Source of the DNA: Nymphaea colorata
Taxonomy: Eukaryota
Assembly: GCF_008831285.2 (NCBI RefSeq)
Contig: NC_045138.2
Coordinates: forward strand, 36,580,001-36,644,000
DNA: 64,000 nucleotides
Reading direction: 5' to 3'
This document shows positions 26,060-40,300 of the stretch, in pieces; within the stretch, counting starts at the first letter, position 1, and every line of letters begins with the position of its first letter. A model generated the notes under the pieces. That model had not been told where the DNA came from, searched no databases, and saw nothing but the letters and a program-made list of their open reading frames with translations. The translations under genes and the position numbers were made by a program.

Positions 26060-26428
26060 GTTGGTGGAATGTTCTAACTTACGCATTTCATTTGTTTGTC
26101 TGAAGGCTCTGCTTCTTGGAATCATGCTTCTTCTGCCTTATCATATGTCTTGGTGTCCTGTTATGATGCTGAACTGAGCTATGATTGCCACACTGATACA
26201 TTCCATGTTTTGAGTTTTCATATAATCCATTTACCGTAGCAGGTTCGTCTAAATTGGAATTCGGCAATTGAAGCGAGGCCATAATAATGCTAAAACTGAC
26301 GATAGGAATCTCCTACTGCGTGAAGTTGCTATATTGCTTATGGGTCTCTTTTAACTTGCTCTGTTCTTAAAGGTATCCACTGCGTTGATCGAGGAAGAAG
26401 TCCAGCCAGAGAGATTGAGAGCTCCTCT
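26060..26428 (+). pseudogene. Second sense F-box gene fragment (intron 1 - exon 3)
   Basis: 26154-26207 encodes [17 protein letters not shown], followed by intron 2 and exon 3 similarity. Confidence 0.9.
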
Positions 26429-26599
26429 ACGTTTTGAAGTCCCGACATATGCTTAGTACAGAGTGAGCGATGCCAAGCTTGCGAACGATCATTGGAAGAG
26501 GAAACTGGCGCAACTTGCGAGTGGTAGGGGTAGATGTAGTTGGGGTCTTCATCCTAGCAATGAAACATAAATTCAGCGTTGGATTTGAATGGACCTAAG

Positions 26600-26766
26600 C
26601 AGTGGCGGAGCCAGAGCAGTCCCTTGGATCTGGGTAGGGCCAAACTAAATTTAAATCTAAAAATACATAGAGTGATTAAAAAATAATTTTTTTTCAATGT
26701 AAATTTTTTTTTTCATTTTGCCAGGGTGGGGCCATGGCCTAGGCGCCCCCCCTCCCTCCGCCCCTG
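26600..26766. mobile_element. hAT-type MITE (CAGTGGCGGAG...CTCCGCCCCTG)
   Basis: 11-bp imperfect TIRs around an AT-rich core. The flanks gacctaag / gacctgac look like a degenerate 8-bp TSD. Duplicate at 42885-43053. Confidence 0.7.
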
Positions 26767-27212
26767 GACCTGACCTAACTTCAGTTACATAAAGCAGCCC
26801 CACGAAACCTGAGTTACTACCTTATCGCTAATTTAAAATTTGTTAATTATATATTTAATGTTTCTTAAAAAAAAAAATTGGCAAGCTCGTCTAACCGCCC
26901 CATCAGTTGTGGCAACTGAATGTGCGTGGTAGTGGTAGCCTCTTGACCGAGAGTTGGCTGGCAAGAGGGTTCACTAATAAAGAGAAATGATGTGGGATTC
27001 CTTCTTGGCATTGTGACAGATGAGCAAGTCCTCAAGGGTCCACCTACTCTCTCCTTCCGTCCACTGGACTCTCCCACCTGATGCCGTTCTCCTGACAACA
27101 TCAACCTGATCCAACTAAATGGTCCAGTATCAACTTAATATATTACTGTTCATGAGCGAGTTCTATCTCGGTGTGGTCAGTTTGAAATAGGCTCAAGTGT
27201 CTTGAATGAAAC

Positions 27213-27312
27213 NNNNNNNNNNNNNNNNNNNNNNNNNNNNNNNNNNNNNNNNNNNNNNNNNNNNNNNNNNNNNNNNNNNNNNNNNNNNNNNNNNNNNNNN
27301 NNNNNNNNNNNN
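27213..27312. other. Assembly gap (100 N)
   Basis: A run of exactly 100 N. Confidence 1.
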
Positions 27313-29019
27313 GAGAAAAATAAGATCTATTAAAATCAATTATTCAAATGTTAAAACTCGAGGCCTTTTAGACAAGCAACTTGAAGGTGGAGGAATCTTT
27401 ATTTTCTATGTATATATAAAGCAGAAGTGTAGAAGAATCCATATCTTCTATAGAAAATAAGGATTCCTCCATCCTCGGGCTCGAGTTGCGTGTATAGTAG
27501 GCTGGATGGCTACACGGGTGAAAGAATCTTTAGACAGCTCCATGTATTTGTAGTGGCCAAATGGTTGAAGGACTGTATGTGTATGGTGGTTGAGGGCTCT
27601 CACTAAAGAGAGGGTTATGACCCATTCACTGGCGTCCATAACTCAATTCGCCATAAAAATGTCCATTGATCCTCGCCCTAGGCCAAACATTTATTGTTTT
27701 GTTCATTAACAGATTGAGCAAAGTTTTAAGTTTTCATTCATTAATTCTTTTATTGTAACTGTTTGATAAGTTTTCTTCATTAACTGATTAAATTTTCATA
27801 ATATGCATTGTGTAGATTTTAGGCATTTGTTTGTGTGTGTAGACAGAGAGAGAGAGAGAGGATTTTTGCTGCTTTATTTTTGTTGTGGTATATCTGCTAG
27901 GGACTTGGGGTCATTTAGAGAGAAGGAAAGAGAGAGTTTGTGGATTTTTATTTGTTCATCTGATTTTATAATTTATATATTTATTCATTTTTTTCTGTCA
28001 CATATGGATTTTATTTCGTTTGTGTGGGGAGAGAGAGAGAGAGTTTAACATAGACGATATAATGTGGATACCCAAGATCGCACTTTGATCGGCCATGATC
28101 CGATTAACTCAACTTGCCCATTGGAAAAAGATAAAAAGGACTAGAGTTGAAATTTAAGCACGATTTAGCTGTGTAACCCTTTAAGATTACGTTAACAATG
28201 AGGTCAAAAATTTTTTGTGTCATCCAAATGCGTTTGAAATAGATTTTTGGAAAGAAAACAATATTTTATACCTAAAATTTGTTTTTGGGTGTCATTCAAA
28301 CGCCTCATAAACAGTGTTTAGATAACACTCCAAATCAGTATTTTTAGGCCAAAACAAAACCGTTTTTTTGGAGCATTTGGATGTATTCGAACCCAGAATA
28401 TTCAAAAAAATGAGTATTGATAAAACTAGGTTCTCAAGGGGGATTTTCACTTTACTCAATCAATCCCCCTTGAGAACCTAGTTTTATCAATACTCATTTT
28501 TTGAATATTCTGGGTTCGAATACATCCAAATGCTCCAAAAAAAACGGTTTTGTTTTGCCTAAAAATGCTGAGTTGGAGTGTTATCTAAACACTGTTTATG
28601 AGGCGTTTGAATGACACCCAAAAACAAATTTTAGATATAAATTATTGTTTTTCTATTTCAAAGGCATTTGGATGACACAAAAAAATAGTTTTGCCATAAA
28701 CTGCATCTAAAAAAGGGTAAGAATAACCATGCACCCCTAGCCTATTCACAACAAAATAAGTTTTGGTTCTATTACCCAAATACACAAACTAGTTTTTCAA
28801 AGCTGATTAAAAACCTCGTTTCTAAAACTAGCTTTCAGAAAACCAATTTTTTTGAGCGCGTCATCCAAACTACTAATTACTAAACTTGGTTAGACAAGGG
28901 TCTCACCCAAACACTCCAAACTTAATTGGCATCAAATGAATTCCCATGCTTGGGCGTCGCTCACTCTGTACTAAGCATATGTCGGGACTCCAAAACGTAG
29001 AGGTGCTCTCAATTTCTCC
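27313..29019 (-). repeat. Near-identical inverted copy of ~12872-14581 (fold-back against ~29126-30820)
   Basis: Starts gagaaaaataagatctatt (reverse complement of ~14563-14581) and ends gtgctctcaatttctcc. The differences seen are 1-bp indels. Confidence 0.93.
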
Positions 29020-32000
29020 TGCTGGCGTGAAGTGAAGTTAATATATTGCTTCTGGGTCTCTTTCAACTTGATCTGTTCTTAAAGTTATCCACTGCGATGA
29101 TCGAGGAAGAAGTCCACCCGCAGCCGGAGAAATTGAGAGCACCTCTACGTTTGGAGTCCCGACATATGCTTAGTACAGAGTGAGCGACGCCAAGCATGGG
29201 AATTCATTTGATGCCAATTAAGTTTGAGTGTTTGGGTGAGACCCTTGTCTAACCAAGTTTAGTAATTAGTAGTTTGGATGACGCGCTCAAAAAAATTGGT
29301 TTTCTGGAAAGCTAGTTTTAGAAACGAGGTTTTTAATCAGCTTGAAAAACTAGTTGTGTATTTGGGTAATAGAACCAAAACTTATTTTGTTGTGAATAGG
29401 CTAGGGGTGCATGGTTATTCTTACCCTTTTTTAGATGCAGTTTATGGCAAAACTATTTTTTTGTGTCATCCAAATGCCTTTGAAATAGAAAAACAATAAT
29501 TTATATCTAAAATTTGTTTTGGGTGTCATTCAAACGCCTCATAAACAGTGTTTAGATAACACTCCAACTCAGCATTTTTAGGCAAAACAAAACCGTTTTT
29601 TTTGGAGCATTTGGATGTATTCGAACCAGAATATTCAAAAAATGAGTATTGATAAAACTAGGTTCTCAAGGGGGATTGATGAGTAAAGTGAAAATCCCCC
29701 TTGAGAACCTAGTTTATCAATACTCATTTTTTGAATATTCTGGGTTCGAATACATCCAAATGCTCCAAAAAAACGGTTTGTTTGCCTAAAAATACTGATT
29801 TGGAGTGTTATCTAAACACTGTTTATGAGGCGTTTGAATGACACCCAAAAACAAATTTTAGGTATAAAATATTGTTTTCTTTCCAAAATCTATTTCAAAC
29901 GCATTGGATGACACAAAAAATTTTTGACCTCATTGTTAACGTAATCTTAAAGGGTTACACAGCTAAATCGTGCTTAAATTTCAACTCTAGTCCTTTTTAT
30001 CTTTTTCCAATGGGCAAGTTGAGTTAATCGGATCATGGCCGATCAAAGTGCGATCTTGGGTAATCCACATTATATCGTCTATGTTAAACTCTCTCTCTCT
30101 CTCCCCACACAAACGAAATAAAATCCATATGTGACAGAAAAAAATGAATAAAATATATAAATTATAAAATCAGATGAACAAATAAAAATCCACAAACTCT
30201 CTCTTTCCTTCTCTCTAAATGACCCCAAGTCCCTAGCAGATATACCACAACAAAAAATAAAGCAGCAAAAATCCTCTCTCTCTCTCTCTGTCTACACACA
30301 CAAACAAATGCCTAAAATCTACACAATGCATATTATGAAAATTAATCAGTTAATGAAGAAAACTTAATCAAACAGTTACAATAAAAAGAATTAATGAATG
30401 AAAAACTTAAAACTTTGCTCAATCTGTTAATGAACAAAACAATAAATGTTTGGCCTAGGGCGAGGATCAATGGACATTTTATGGCGAATTGAGTTATGGA
30501 CGCCAGTGAATGGGTCATAACCCTCTCTTTAGTGAGAGCCCTCAACCACCATACACATACAGTCCTTCAACCATTTGGCCACTACAAATACATGGAGCTG
30601 TCTAAAGATTCTTTCACCCGTGTAGCCATCCAGCCTACTATACACGCAACTCGAGCCGAGGATGGAGGAATCCTTATTTTCTATAGAAGATATGGATTCT
30701 TCTACACTTCTGCTTTATATATACATAGAAAATAAAGATTCCTCCACCTTCAAGTTGCTTGTCTAAAAGGCCTCGAGTTTTAACATTTGAATAATTGATT
30801 TTAATAGATCTTATTTTTCTCTTTTATCCAAGTAGCTTGATATTTACCGATATATATGTGGTTGAACATGCAAAAGGCCAATGACACCGTGCCTTAATCA
30901 TTAATTCAATATTAATTATTTCAATGCAATAGCAATATCTACTATATGGGTTACCTTTGAAATTAGTAGGTCTATATAACTTAAAGGTAGCCGATCGTAG
31001 GATGAACAAATCTGCTGATTGTGCTGATTGTGCTTGTAATATTTCCGTTAATGACAAATATAGAGATGCGCTCCTAAAGGGCGTTTCATGGCATGAATAT
31101 TTGTTTCATATAATTTTTTTTTTTTAAAAAAGACAATTTACCATCAATAAAAAATTTGGCCCATGACTTGCCCAGATTTCATTTCGTCTACATTAAGTCT
31201 TGAATACTATTATTTCAATGTAAAGTTCGGTTTCAGTTTTTGGGAAAAAAAGAGTTGTTATTGTCTATAAGATGACGACGCTCTCTAAATATATAATAGG
31301 CCATCGTCCAGAGACAAATTATGTTCCACCATAATAGAGTCGAAGAGAGTCGAAGCCCTCATTCTCTTTCCAGAGTACCAACTCTATTTTTCTGGATGGT
31401 TCTATTCTTTGTACGAAGCATATGTCGGGACTCCAAGTGCTCAATCTCTCCGGCTGCGCTGGACTTCTTCCTCGATCATTGCAGTGATACCTTTAAGAAC
31501 AGATCAAGTTAAAAGAGACCCAAAAGCAATATAGTAACTTCACGCAGCAGGAGATTCCGATCATAAGTTTTAGCATTATTAGGGCCTCCCTTCAATTGCT
31601 CAATTCCAATTTAGTACGAACCTGAAATGGATTATAAATTGCTCTATGGACTTTGAGCAGGCCCGACGCCAAATGGTAATCAGACTTTTACCAAGAATCT
31701 TCCTTCTGCAGGGACGACACCAAAACTTTTTAATGAGACTGCTGTTCTTTGTTGAGCGGAAAATGTCTTAAATCTGCTGAAACATACTGCAAATCTTTGT
31801 TTGCTTTCTTTTGGAATATATTACAAAACTTTTGTGTACTACATATATTTTCAAATTAAAGGTTTCAGGCACTACTTATAAGATTTCTCCACCAAAACAG
31901 GACCACTCTGAAACTAGGAAACGGTTTTGAGAGGAATCAATTTCGTTGATCTGTTGCAGCGTCGGAGCAAATGAAAGTAAGAGTCTCCTCGTTATAATGT

Positions 32001-33471
32001 GATTGCAGGAAAATAACTAATGCCAACTTGAGGGGCATAGTTCAAGCGAGTGGGCTGTGACACATACTAGATTATACAATATGTTCCAGTTTGATCCATG
32101 GAAAAACAATGTTGTTAACTTAAATGTCATAATGCAAAACGATATGTTAAGCCGAGCGATGCATACTAAGGTGAAGTGATGCGTAAACATCACGACCAAA
32201 ATTTGGTTAATAATCTAAGAAGCAATATCAATTCAAAGCACATGATATAAAAATTTTCCTAATGAATTCAAACCACATAAATTGAAAGAAAGATATATGA
32301 GGAACGCATTATCTTCAAGGCATTTGATTTGATAGAATATGGAAAAATGAGTCTCATACAGAGAATTTTTCTTCCAAAAAACGTTGGATAAGTACATCAA
32401 AGTTCCTAATAGTTATAAAATTTGTCTAGTACAATTTAAAAAGAAAAATTCAAAGTAGACAAATTTTGGAAGCTTATTCAGAATCATCATATCATGTTCA
32501 TTTCTGCATCATCTTGACTCGAGTATGATTTCATTAGCTCGAGCTCGACTCGGCTCGTGTTCTTAAAACTCGAACTCGGCTCTACTTGACCTCGAGGCTC
32601 GCCCAGCCAATTCATTTAATTCAAAAAGTATTTTATATAACTTTAGCAATCTAATCACTTGCATACCTATTTGGGCAATCTACTTTTATAGATAATTTTA
32701 TGAAACGTATTTTATATAATTCTTTCATAAGCTTAACCGACTTTAACCAAGCCAAACACACTTAACTTAAGCTCGACTTGTTTAGGTGTCTGGTTCAAGT
32801 CAAATTACAAGTGATTTCGAGTCGAGCTCCGGTTAGCCAGATTCGTTAAACAGCCCTAGCTCGATAGTCGCATCCATCGGCCCATATGCATCCTGATTTC
32901 AAGACTTATTATGGTGGAACATAATTTGTCTCTTAACTAGTCGGACTGATTGTATTACCTTGGCCTTTATATATTTAGAGAGCGTCGTCTTCTTATAGAC
33001 AATAACAACTCTTTTTTTTTTCCCCCCAAAAACTAAAACCGGAACTTTACATTGAAAATAATAGTATTCAAGACTTAATGTAGACTAAATGAATTCTGGG
33101 CAAATCATGGGTTGCTTTTTATCGATGGTAAATTGTCTTCCTTTTTTATTTTATTTTATTTTATATGGAACAAATATTACATGCCATGAAACGCCCTTTA
33201 AGAGCGCATCTCTATATCTGCCATTAACGGAAATATACAATCACAATTAGCAGATTTGTTCATCCTACGATCGGCTACCTTTAAGGTATCTAGACCTACT
33301 AATTTCAAAGGTACCCCATATAGTAGATATTGCTATTGCAATGAAATAATTAATATTGAATTAATGATGGTCCATCAATATGGTTGGACACTAACTCCAT
33401 TGAGATTGACTTGCTTGTATTGTAGAGTTTGAGTAAAGGCACGGTGTCATTGGCCTCTTCCTTGTTCCAAT

Positions 33472-33523
<52 letters not shown>

Positions 33524-34342
33524 TGGTAAACATCAAGGCACTTGGATAAAAGAGAAAAATCAGATTTATTAAAATTAATTATTCAAATGGTGTTTTACAA
33601 CTTGAGGCCTATTAGACAAGCAACTTGAACGTGGAGAAATCTTTATTTTCTATGTATATATTTAGCCGGAGTGTAGAAAAATCCGTATCTTTTATAGAAA
33701 ATATGGATTTCTCCACCATCAGGCTAGGGTTGTGTATTAGTAGGCTGGATGGCTACATGGGTGGACTAATCTTTATACAGCTCCATGTATTAGTAGTGGC
33801 TAGATGGTTGGAGGACTCCAATGTCTTATATTTTTTTATATCGACATGCGTATATATGTATGCGTATGGTATATATGTATGCGTATGGTGGTTGAGAGTT
33901 CTTACTAGACAAAGGGTTATGGCCCATTCACTGGCGTCCACAGCTCAATCCGCCATAAAATGTACATTGATCCTTGCCCTTGGCCTAACATTTATTGTTT
34001 TGTAGTGTTTTGTTCATTAACATATTGAACTAAGTTTTAAGTTTCCCATAGATTAATTTTTTTATTGTGGCTGTTTGATTAAGCTTTCTTCATTAACTGA
34101 TTGAATTTTCATACTACGCAGTGTGTAGATTTTAGGAATTTGTTTGTGTGTAGAGAGAGAGAGAGAGGATTTTTGCTGCTTTATTTTTGTTGTGGTATAT
34201 ATGTTAGGGACTTAGGGTCATTTAGAGAGAAGGAAAGAGAGAGTGTGTGTGTGGATTTTTATTGGTTCATCTGATTTTATAATTTGTACATTTTATTATT
34301 TTTTTTCTGTCCCATACGGATTTTATCATATGTCGTTTGTGT

Positions 34343-34387
<45 letters not shown>

Positions 34388-37300
34388 AACATAGACGATA
34401 TAATGTTGATCATTTCTTCGCCATGTCTTGATCGGACCATGTACGTCGGATACTGAACCCAAAGATCGCACTTTGATCGGCCATTATCTGATTAACTCAA
34501 CTTGCCAATTGGAAAAAAGACAAAAGAGTTGAAATTTAGGCATGATTTAGCTGTGTAGCCCATAAGATTACGTTAACAATGAGGACAAGAATTATCTGCT
34601 GCACAACATGGTAGTGTTTTGAATCTGGAAATGTCCATATCTAGAAAAGTATCGAAGATAAACAAATATGTGTTCCAACAAACTACGTACAAATATCTTA
34701 AGGGATTTGTTGGAATCGACAGTGGGTGCATGTAAAAAGGTAGAAAAATCGGCATGGTTGCCACACGAGATTATCACAATGACGAAGTTGCAGCATTAGA
34801 AAGTGAGATGTTATTAGAAAGTGCCGTAAATGAATTGGATGCAGATTTCACTTGTTTAGAGCCTATTCATTCTTGGGTCTGGAACTAAATTTGATTGGAT
34901 TTGATAATTCATGCATTTTATAAAGAGATTTGATTCGGATCGAGATCCAAAATCAAGTTTGACCAAGTTAGTTAAATGTACATGAGGTCAAACTGAATTT
35001 CTCATGTTTAATTGTTATAAATTAAGTCCAAAATAATAGACAAATTTATGAAAATAAGGCAAGACTTGGAAACTAGTAATAAGTAATGGACGATGAAATT
35101 GAATCACCCTGTTTCTTGAAGGAGTGCAGACGCACTACTTTTTATTGTGCACTCAACTCTTAATGACAGATACAGAGATGCCCTCTTAAGGGGTTAATGA
35201 CAGGCGCTACTTCCCACATTGCATGGATTAAGAACCTCGTTTTTAAAAACTAGTTTTCAGAAAACCTTTTTTTTTTTTTAGTGCGTCATCCAAACTACTA
35301 ATTACTAAACTAGGTTAGACAAGGGTCTCCAAACACCTCCAAACTTAACTGGCATTAAAGAAAGGTAAACACAAATGAAGAAAGTATATATTAATGACAA
35401 GACACGAAGATATAACCCCTCGACTATTTTCTTCAAACATTTCAATTCAGTAACATTTTATACCACACACTTCACGCAAGCAAAGGTGTTATAAAATGTG
35501 TTTTAACAGGGACGTCATACCACCAAACTGTGTACGATACATGTTGTTATACATGGACAAAATATTAATGTGAATGATATTTATAACACCTTTGGATGAA
35601 AACATCAAACGTCATCTAAATTTCATTCACATTATATTTGTATTTTGTGAATGAAAACATCAAACGTCACCTAAAGGTGTTAGTCTCGTTTTCAGCCCGG
35701 TTCCGACAACATTGGACCAGGCGCTTGCGGCGTTCGCCTACTTTGATAGGCAACGCATTGCAAGCAAATAGAGTGTCAGTTTGTTCCTATTAGAGTCATG
35801 AGCTTGTTGTAGTCGGTCCGCGTCCTTGCAGGGTTCGTTCTTCGAGCCCTGCTGATCCCTTCCCCCTCTCCCCCAGGGACCTACCGTATGGAGTATAGCC
35901 AAGTGGTCAGGTTTTTGGTACCGGCATGCAAAGGTTCCAATCCTTTGACTCAAGATTATGTACACCCGATCGGATCTGTCAATAGCGAGCTGACGACTAC
36001 AGGGGAAGCGGCTGACTGCAGCTTAAAGGTGACGTTTGATGTTTTCATTCACAAAATATAATGTGAATGAAATTTAGGTGACGTTTGATGTTTTCATCCA
36101 AAGGTGTTATAAATACCATTCACATTAATATTTTGTCCATGTATAACAACATGTATCGTACACAGTTTGGTGGTATGACGTCCCTGTTACAACACATTTT
36201 ATAACACCTTTGCTGCGTGAAGTGTGTGGTATAAAATGTTACTGAATTGAAATGTTTGAAGAAAATAGTCGAGGGTTATATCTTCGTGTCTTGTCATTAA
36301 TATATACTTTCTTCATTTGTGTTTACCTTTCTTTAATGCCAGTTAAGTTTGGAGGTGTTTGGGTGAGACCCTTGTCTAACCTAGTTTAGTAATTACTAGT
36401 TTGGATGACGCACTAAAAAAAATGGTTTTCTGAAAACTAGTTTTTAAAGCGAGGTTTTTAATCCATGCACGGTGGGGACCTTAGATTAATTAATCTAATT
36501 AATTAATGTAATTGAGTGCAAAAACCATGCATGAAGGTAATGAAGAACAAAAACCATTAAAGTAATTGAGTGCGTCATATGTAAATTGGCAGTGAACCAC
36601 TTGACTAACTTGATTAATGTGAACGAGTACAACTTTTGCTTTTAACTTTGAAAAGTGACTACTAGGTAACTCTATGCGTGGGTAACAGTTGATGTTGATA
36701 TCCTGACAAGTAAATGAATGGTCACGGTGTATAGCAAAACCAGAGCGTGACTTGATCATCTGATTCATGACAAAAACATGCTAGAGAAAGAACAACTAAA
36801 GCATAAGTCCCAAGAAAAGTGAATCGACGAAGACGATCTTGACGATCTTACAGAAAGAGGAGGAAAATCAGAAGAAACCTCGTACAGAAGATAGGGTTAA
36901 AAAAAACAAGCAAAAAGGAAGGGAAATCAGGCGCTCGACCCGAAAATAACTGACATTATCAACCTCGCACACGTCCGCCACAATATTTGAATTATCATCG
37001 GCCTGGCTTTTCTGTTTCACAGTCAAGCGGAATGACCTCGCCATTTCCTCGCTTCTGCGAGAAACGAGTCAGATCAATTCCCGACTCGAAAGACAGTGAT
37101 GATTGGCGGACTGAACAAGTTTGGGGAGAAGAGGATTCCACGGTCACTTTGAACGTAGAGAAGCCGGAATAATCTCTCTCGCTCCTCTTTCGCTGCTTTT
37201 CCTCTTTCCCGCGCTGTAGAAACCAAACGCTACGCCTCAGATTGATTGCTATTGGTGGGTGGTGAACACCTTTTATATGAATACGGAGGAACCCAAACCG

Positions 37301-40300
37301 CCTTTCCCGCTTTGAATTATCGTCGGACAGGTTATGCACGGGGTTTATCTGTTTCACCGTCAACGGAATGAGCTTGCCGTTTCCTCGCTTCTGCAAAGAC
37401 AACCTGCAAGAAAAAAATTGGATGACCGTGAGATCAGAGGAATAAGAAAAAAATAACCGGAAGAAAAAATTCGGATGACCGTGAGATTCAGGCCGCCGGA
37501 GAAGGGTGGATTGCTGTCATCCTTCCTCACCTAGCACTGACCCCTAATCTCTCTACAAGTTTAGCACAGTGTAATCTGTTTATTGATGTTGTGTTCTATA
37601 TTTTTTTTTTCTTAAGTATTTACGCCTTTATACTATTTTTAGTCTTTCTCTTCTTTTGATATTTTTATTTTTAATTATTTTTAAAATTTTAAAAATATTT
37701 TTTTTATCAAATTCGATTCGCAAAGGATTCCAATGCCAATTGGATTTACCGAATTTCTGAACCATTTGGCTTTAAGATTCTATTCATAAATAAAGTTGCT
37801 ACAAAGATAATGAATAACCACGAGTCAGAAACCAGTTATTCATAACATTAAATGCATACTCAACCGTTACAGGCCTGTCCTACCTTTTGTTTACAAAGTT
37901 AAATAAACGAAGAGTTCCAGCCAAATTGTTGTTACGACTAGCAAACCAGGCGCATCCTCCTGTCCATGATCAACCAGTTCGGCTTGATAATTTCAGGCAT
38001 TATTAGATCTAAAGAAATAAGCATGTCCAACTATCAAACAATGTGCCAGTCAGAATAATAAATTTCATGGCTGCATGGAGCAACAATGCAATTGCAAAAG
38101 AAATTTCAACATCTGTGAAATTTACAGTCATATGTAGATCATGGATGTACGGAGACGTATAATAGAAACCACAATTAATGTGCCCATAAGGGACTAGTTG
38201 TCTTGAACCCGAACACGATTTCCCTTCCTCGACCTGTCAACAATAGCGAACACTTCAGGTATAATGCAGATAAAGATAGTAGCAGAAGGCAGGTCATAGA
38301 GTTGGAGCAAGAAATCTACTTCCATGTTTGACAACCAAGCCAGACAATAAATGAACACCATGCAAGCAAATTCTGTGTGTGGGTGAAAATGAAATTCACA
38401 CTAATATGGATCCTTGGCACATCACAATTTTATGGATTCCTGAGTAAGTCTACCTGCACATGCTTCATGTTTACATAAAATACCCTTCTTTTGGCTTGCA
38501 AAAAAGAGATACCTTCAACAAAGTTGCCAGCCGGAAGACCATTTGGTCCTCTGTATATTCTCTAAAAGAAAAAAGTTGGATAACGTGCTTATCACAAAAA
38601 CAATGAGCAGAAAAAATTATGATGTTTAATAGATGACAATTACAAACACCTCAACAGGAAAATATTAATCCAAAGGACCCAGCTTGGTTAGATCCTCCTT
38701 GGTTTGGCAGAAAAAATACATAAAAGCAAAAGCTTTGAAGGGCCAACAATACTTCCCAATATGCTCAAAGAGCGTTTCTCTCCCTAAGTGCATTGTTTAT
38801 ATGTGTAACCCGGAGCCGAATGCGCTTCTCGGAATCAATAAACCTTTTCGCTTTCAATCAGTGAAACAAATAAAATCCATATGGGGATCCCACCAACAAG
38901 ATCAATCTGTCCAATTGTAATCCGCAAAACCGTCGTTTCCAACTCATGTCCGACATTTGGTTCCAACACATGGTGTCTCATATCGGCTTGTATTAAGCTA
39001 TTTTCTATTTTTCAGTTAATTAATTATTAGCTTAGAATGTTTAATAACACGAAAGCCGTAAATGAAATCAATATCGTTTTGCATGAAGAGAACACTGCTT
39101 TCAGACCCAAATACTTTTTCCCCAATGATTCAAGTAATTGGTCAACGATACACACTACTTGATCTAGAACCAAAATGGGATGGCTGCCCAATGAGGATTA
39201 CAGCTTCTCTTCCTTTTCAAGATCTTTGGAATTCTTGTTCTTAAATAGTCAAAGGGAAGAAGTCATTCCCTATCCAATTATAGATTATTTAGTTTGAGCA
39301 AGTGAAGCTTATAGATGCAACTCAAATTATATCAAATTATCCAACCGCCTTCTCTCCGTGCGTTCTTTTTACACGAATATTAAAAATACCTTCTGACACT
39401 GCTCTTCTGCCTTCAAGCAAGCAGCGGGCCAGTGGCCAGCCAAGAGGTTCGCTTTTATTGAGTGTTGGGAGCATGTGATCATAACAGCTTGGAGGTAAAA
39501 AAAGAAAAAATAAATGGTGTTACTTGAGCAAATGTTACCGTCATTATTGACAAGTATATAAAACTTCGCCATGATGTGTAATCAAAATTTTAGAATTGTT
39601 TATGATGTCCTTATGTATATGATTTTTAACACCAACCTGGAATCGCAACTCTTTTTAGAACTTGACCATGATGTGTAATTGCAAATTTTGAATTGCTTAT
39701 GATGTAGTTATGTATATGAGTCTTGTACATTAAACACCAAACTGGAATCGCAACTCTTTTTCGCTGTTTGTTTTTTCACTATACTCCATGTAGTTAATGC
39801 ATAAAGAGGTTGTTAGGGGTAGGCGTTTTTTTTTTCATTATTTTTAATCAGTTGCTTAACCATTCTAAAAAAATCTATGCAGAAATGAACATGATTTTGA
39901 ATAAGCTGCCAAAATTTGTCTACTTTGATTTTTTTTTTTTAATTTTATTAGACAAATTTTATAACTATTACGAATTTTGATGTACTTATCCAATGTTTTT
40001 TGGATGAAAAGTTCTCTCTATGAGACCCGTTTTTCGTATTCTATCAAATCAAATGCCTTGAAGATAATGTGTTCCTCATATATGTTTCTTTCGATTTATG
40101 TGGTTTGAATTCATTTTAGGAAAATTTTTATATCATGTGATTTGAATTGATATTGTTTCGTAGATTATTAACCAAATTTTGGCCGTGCTGTTTACGCATC
40201 ACTTCACCTTAGTATGCATCGCCTCGGCTTAACATATTGTTTTGCCTAATCACATTTAAGTTAACAACATTGTTTTTCCCATGGATCAAACTGGAACACA

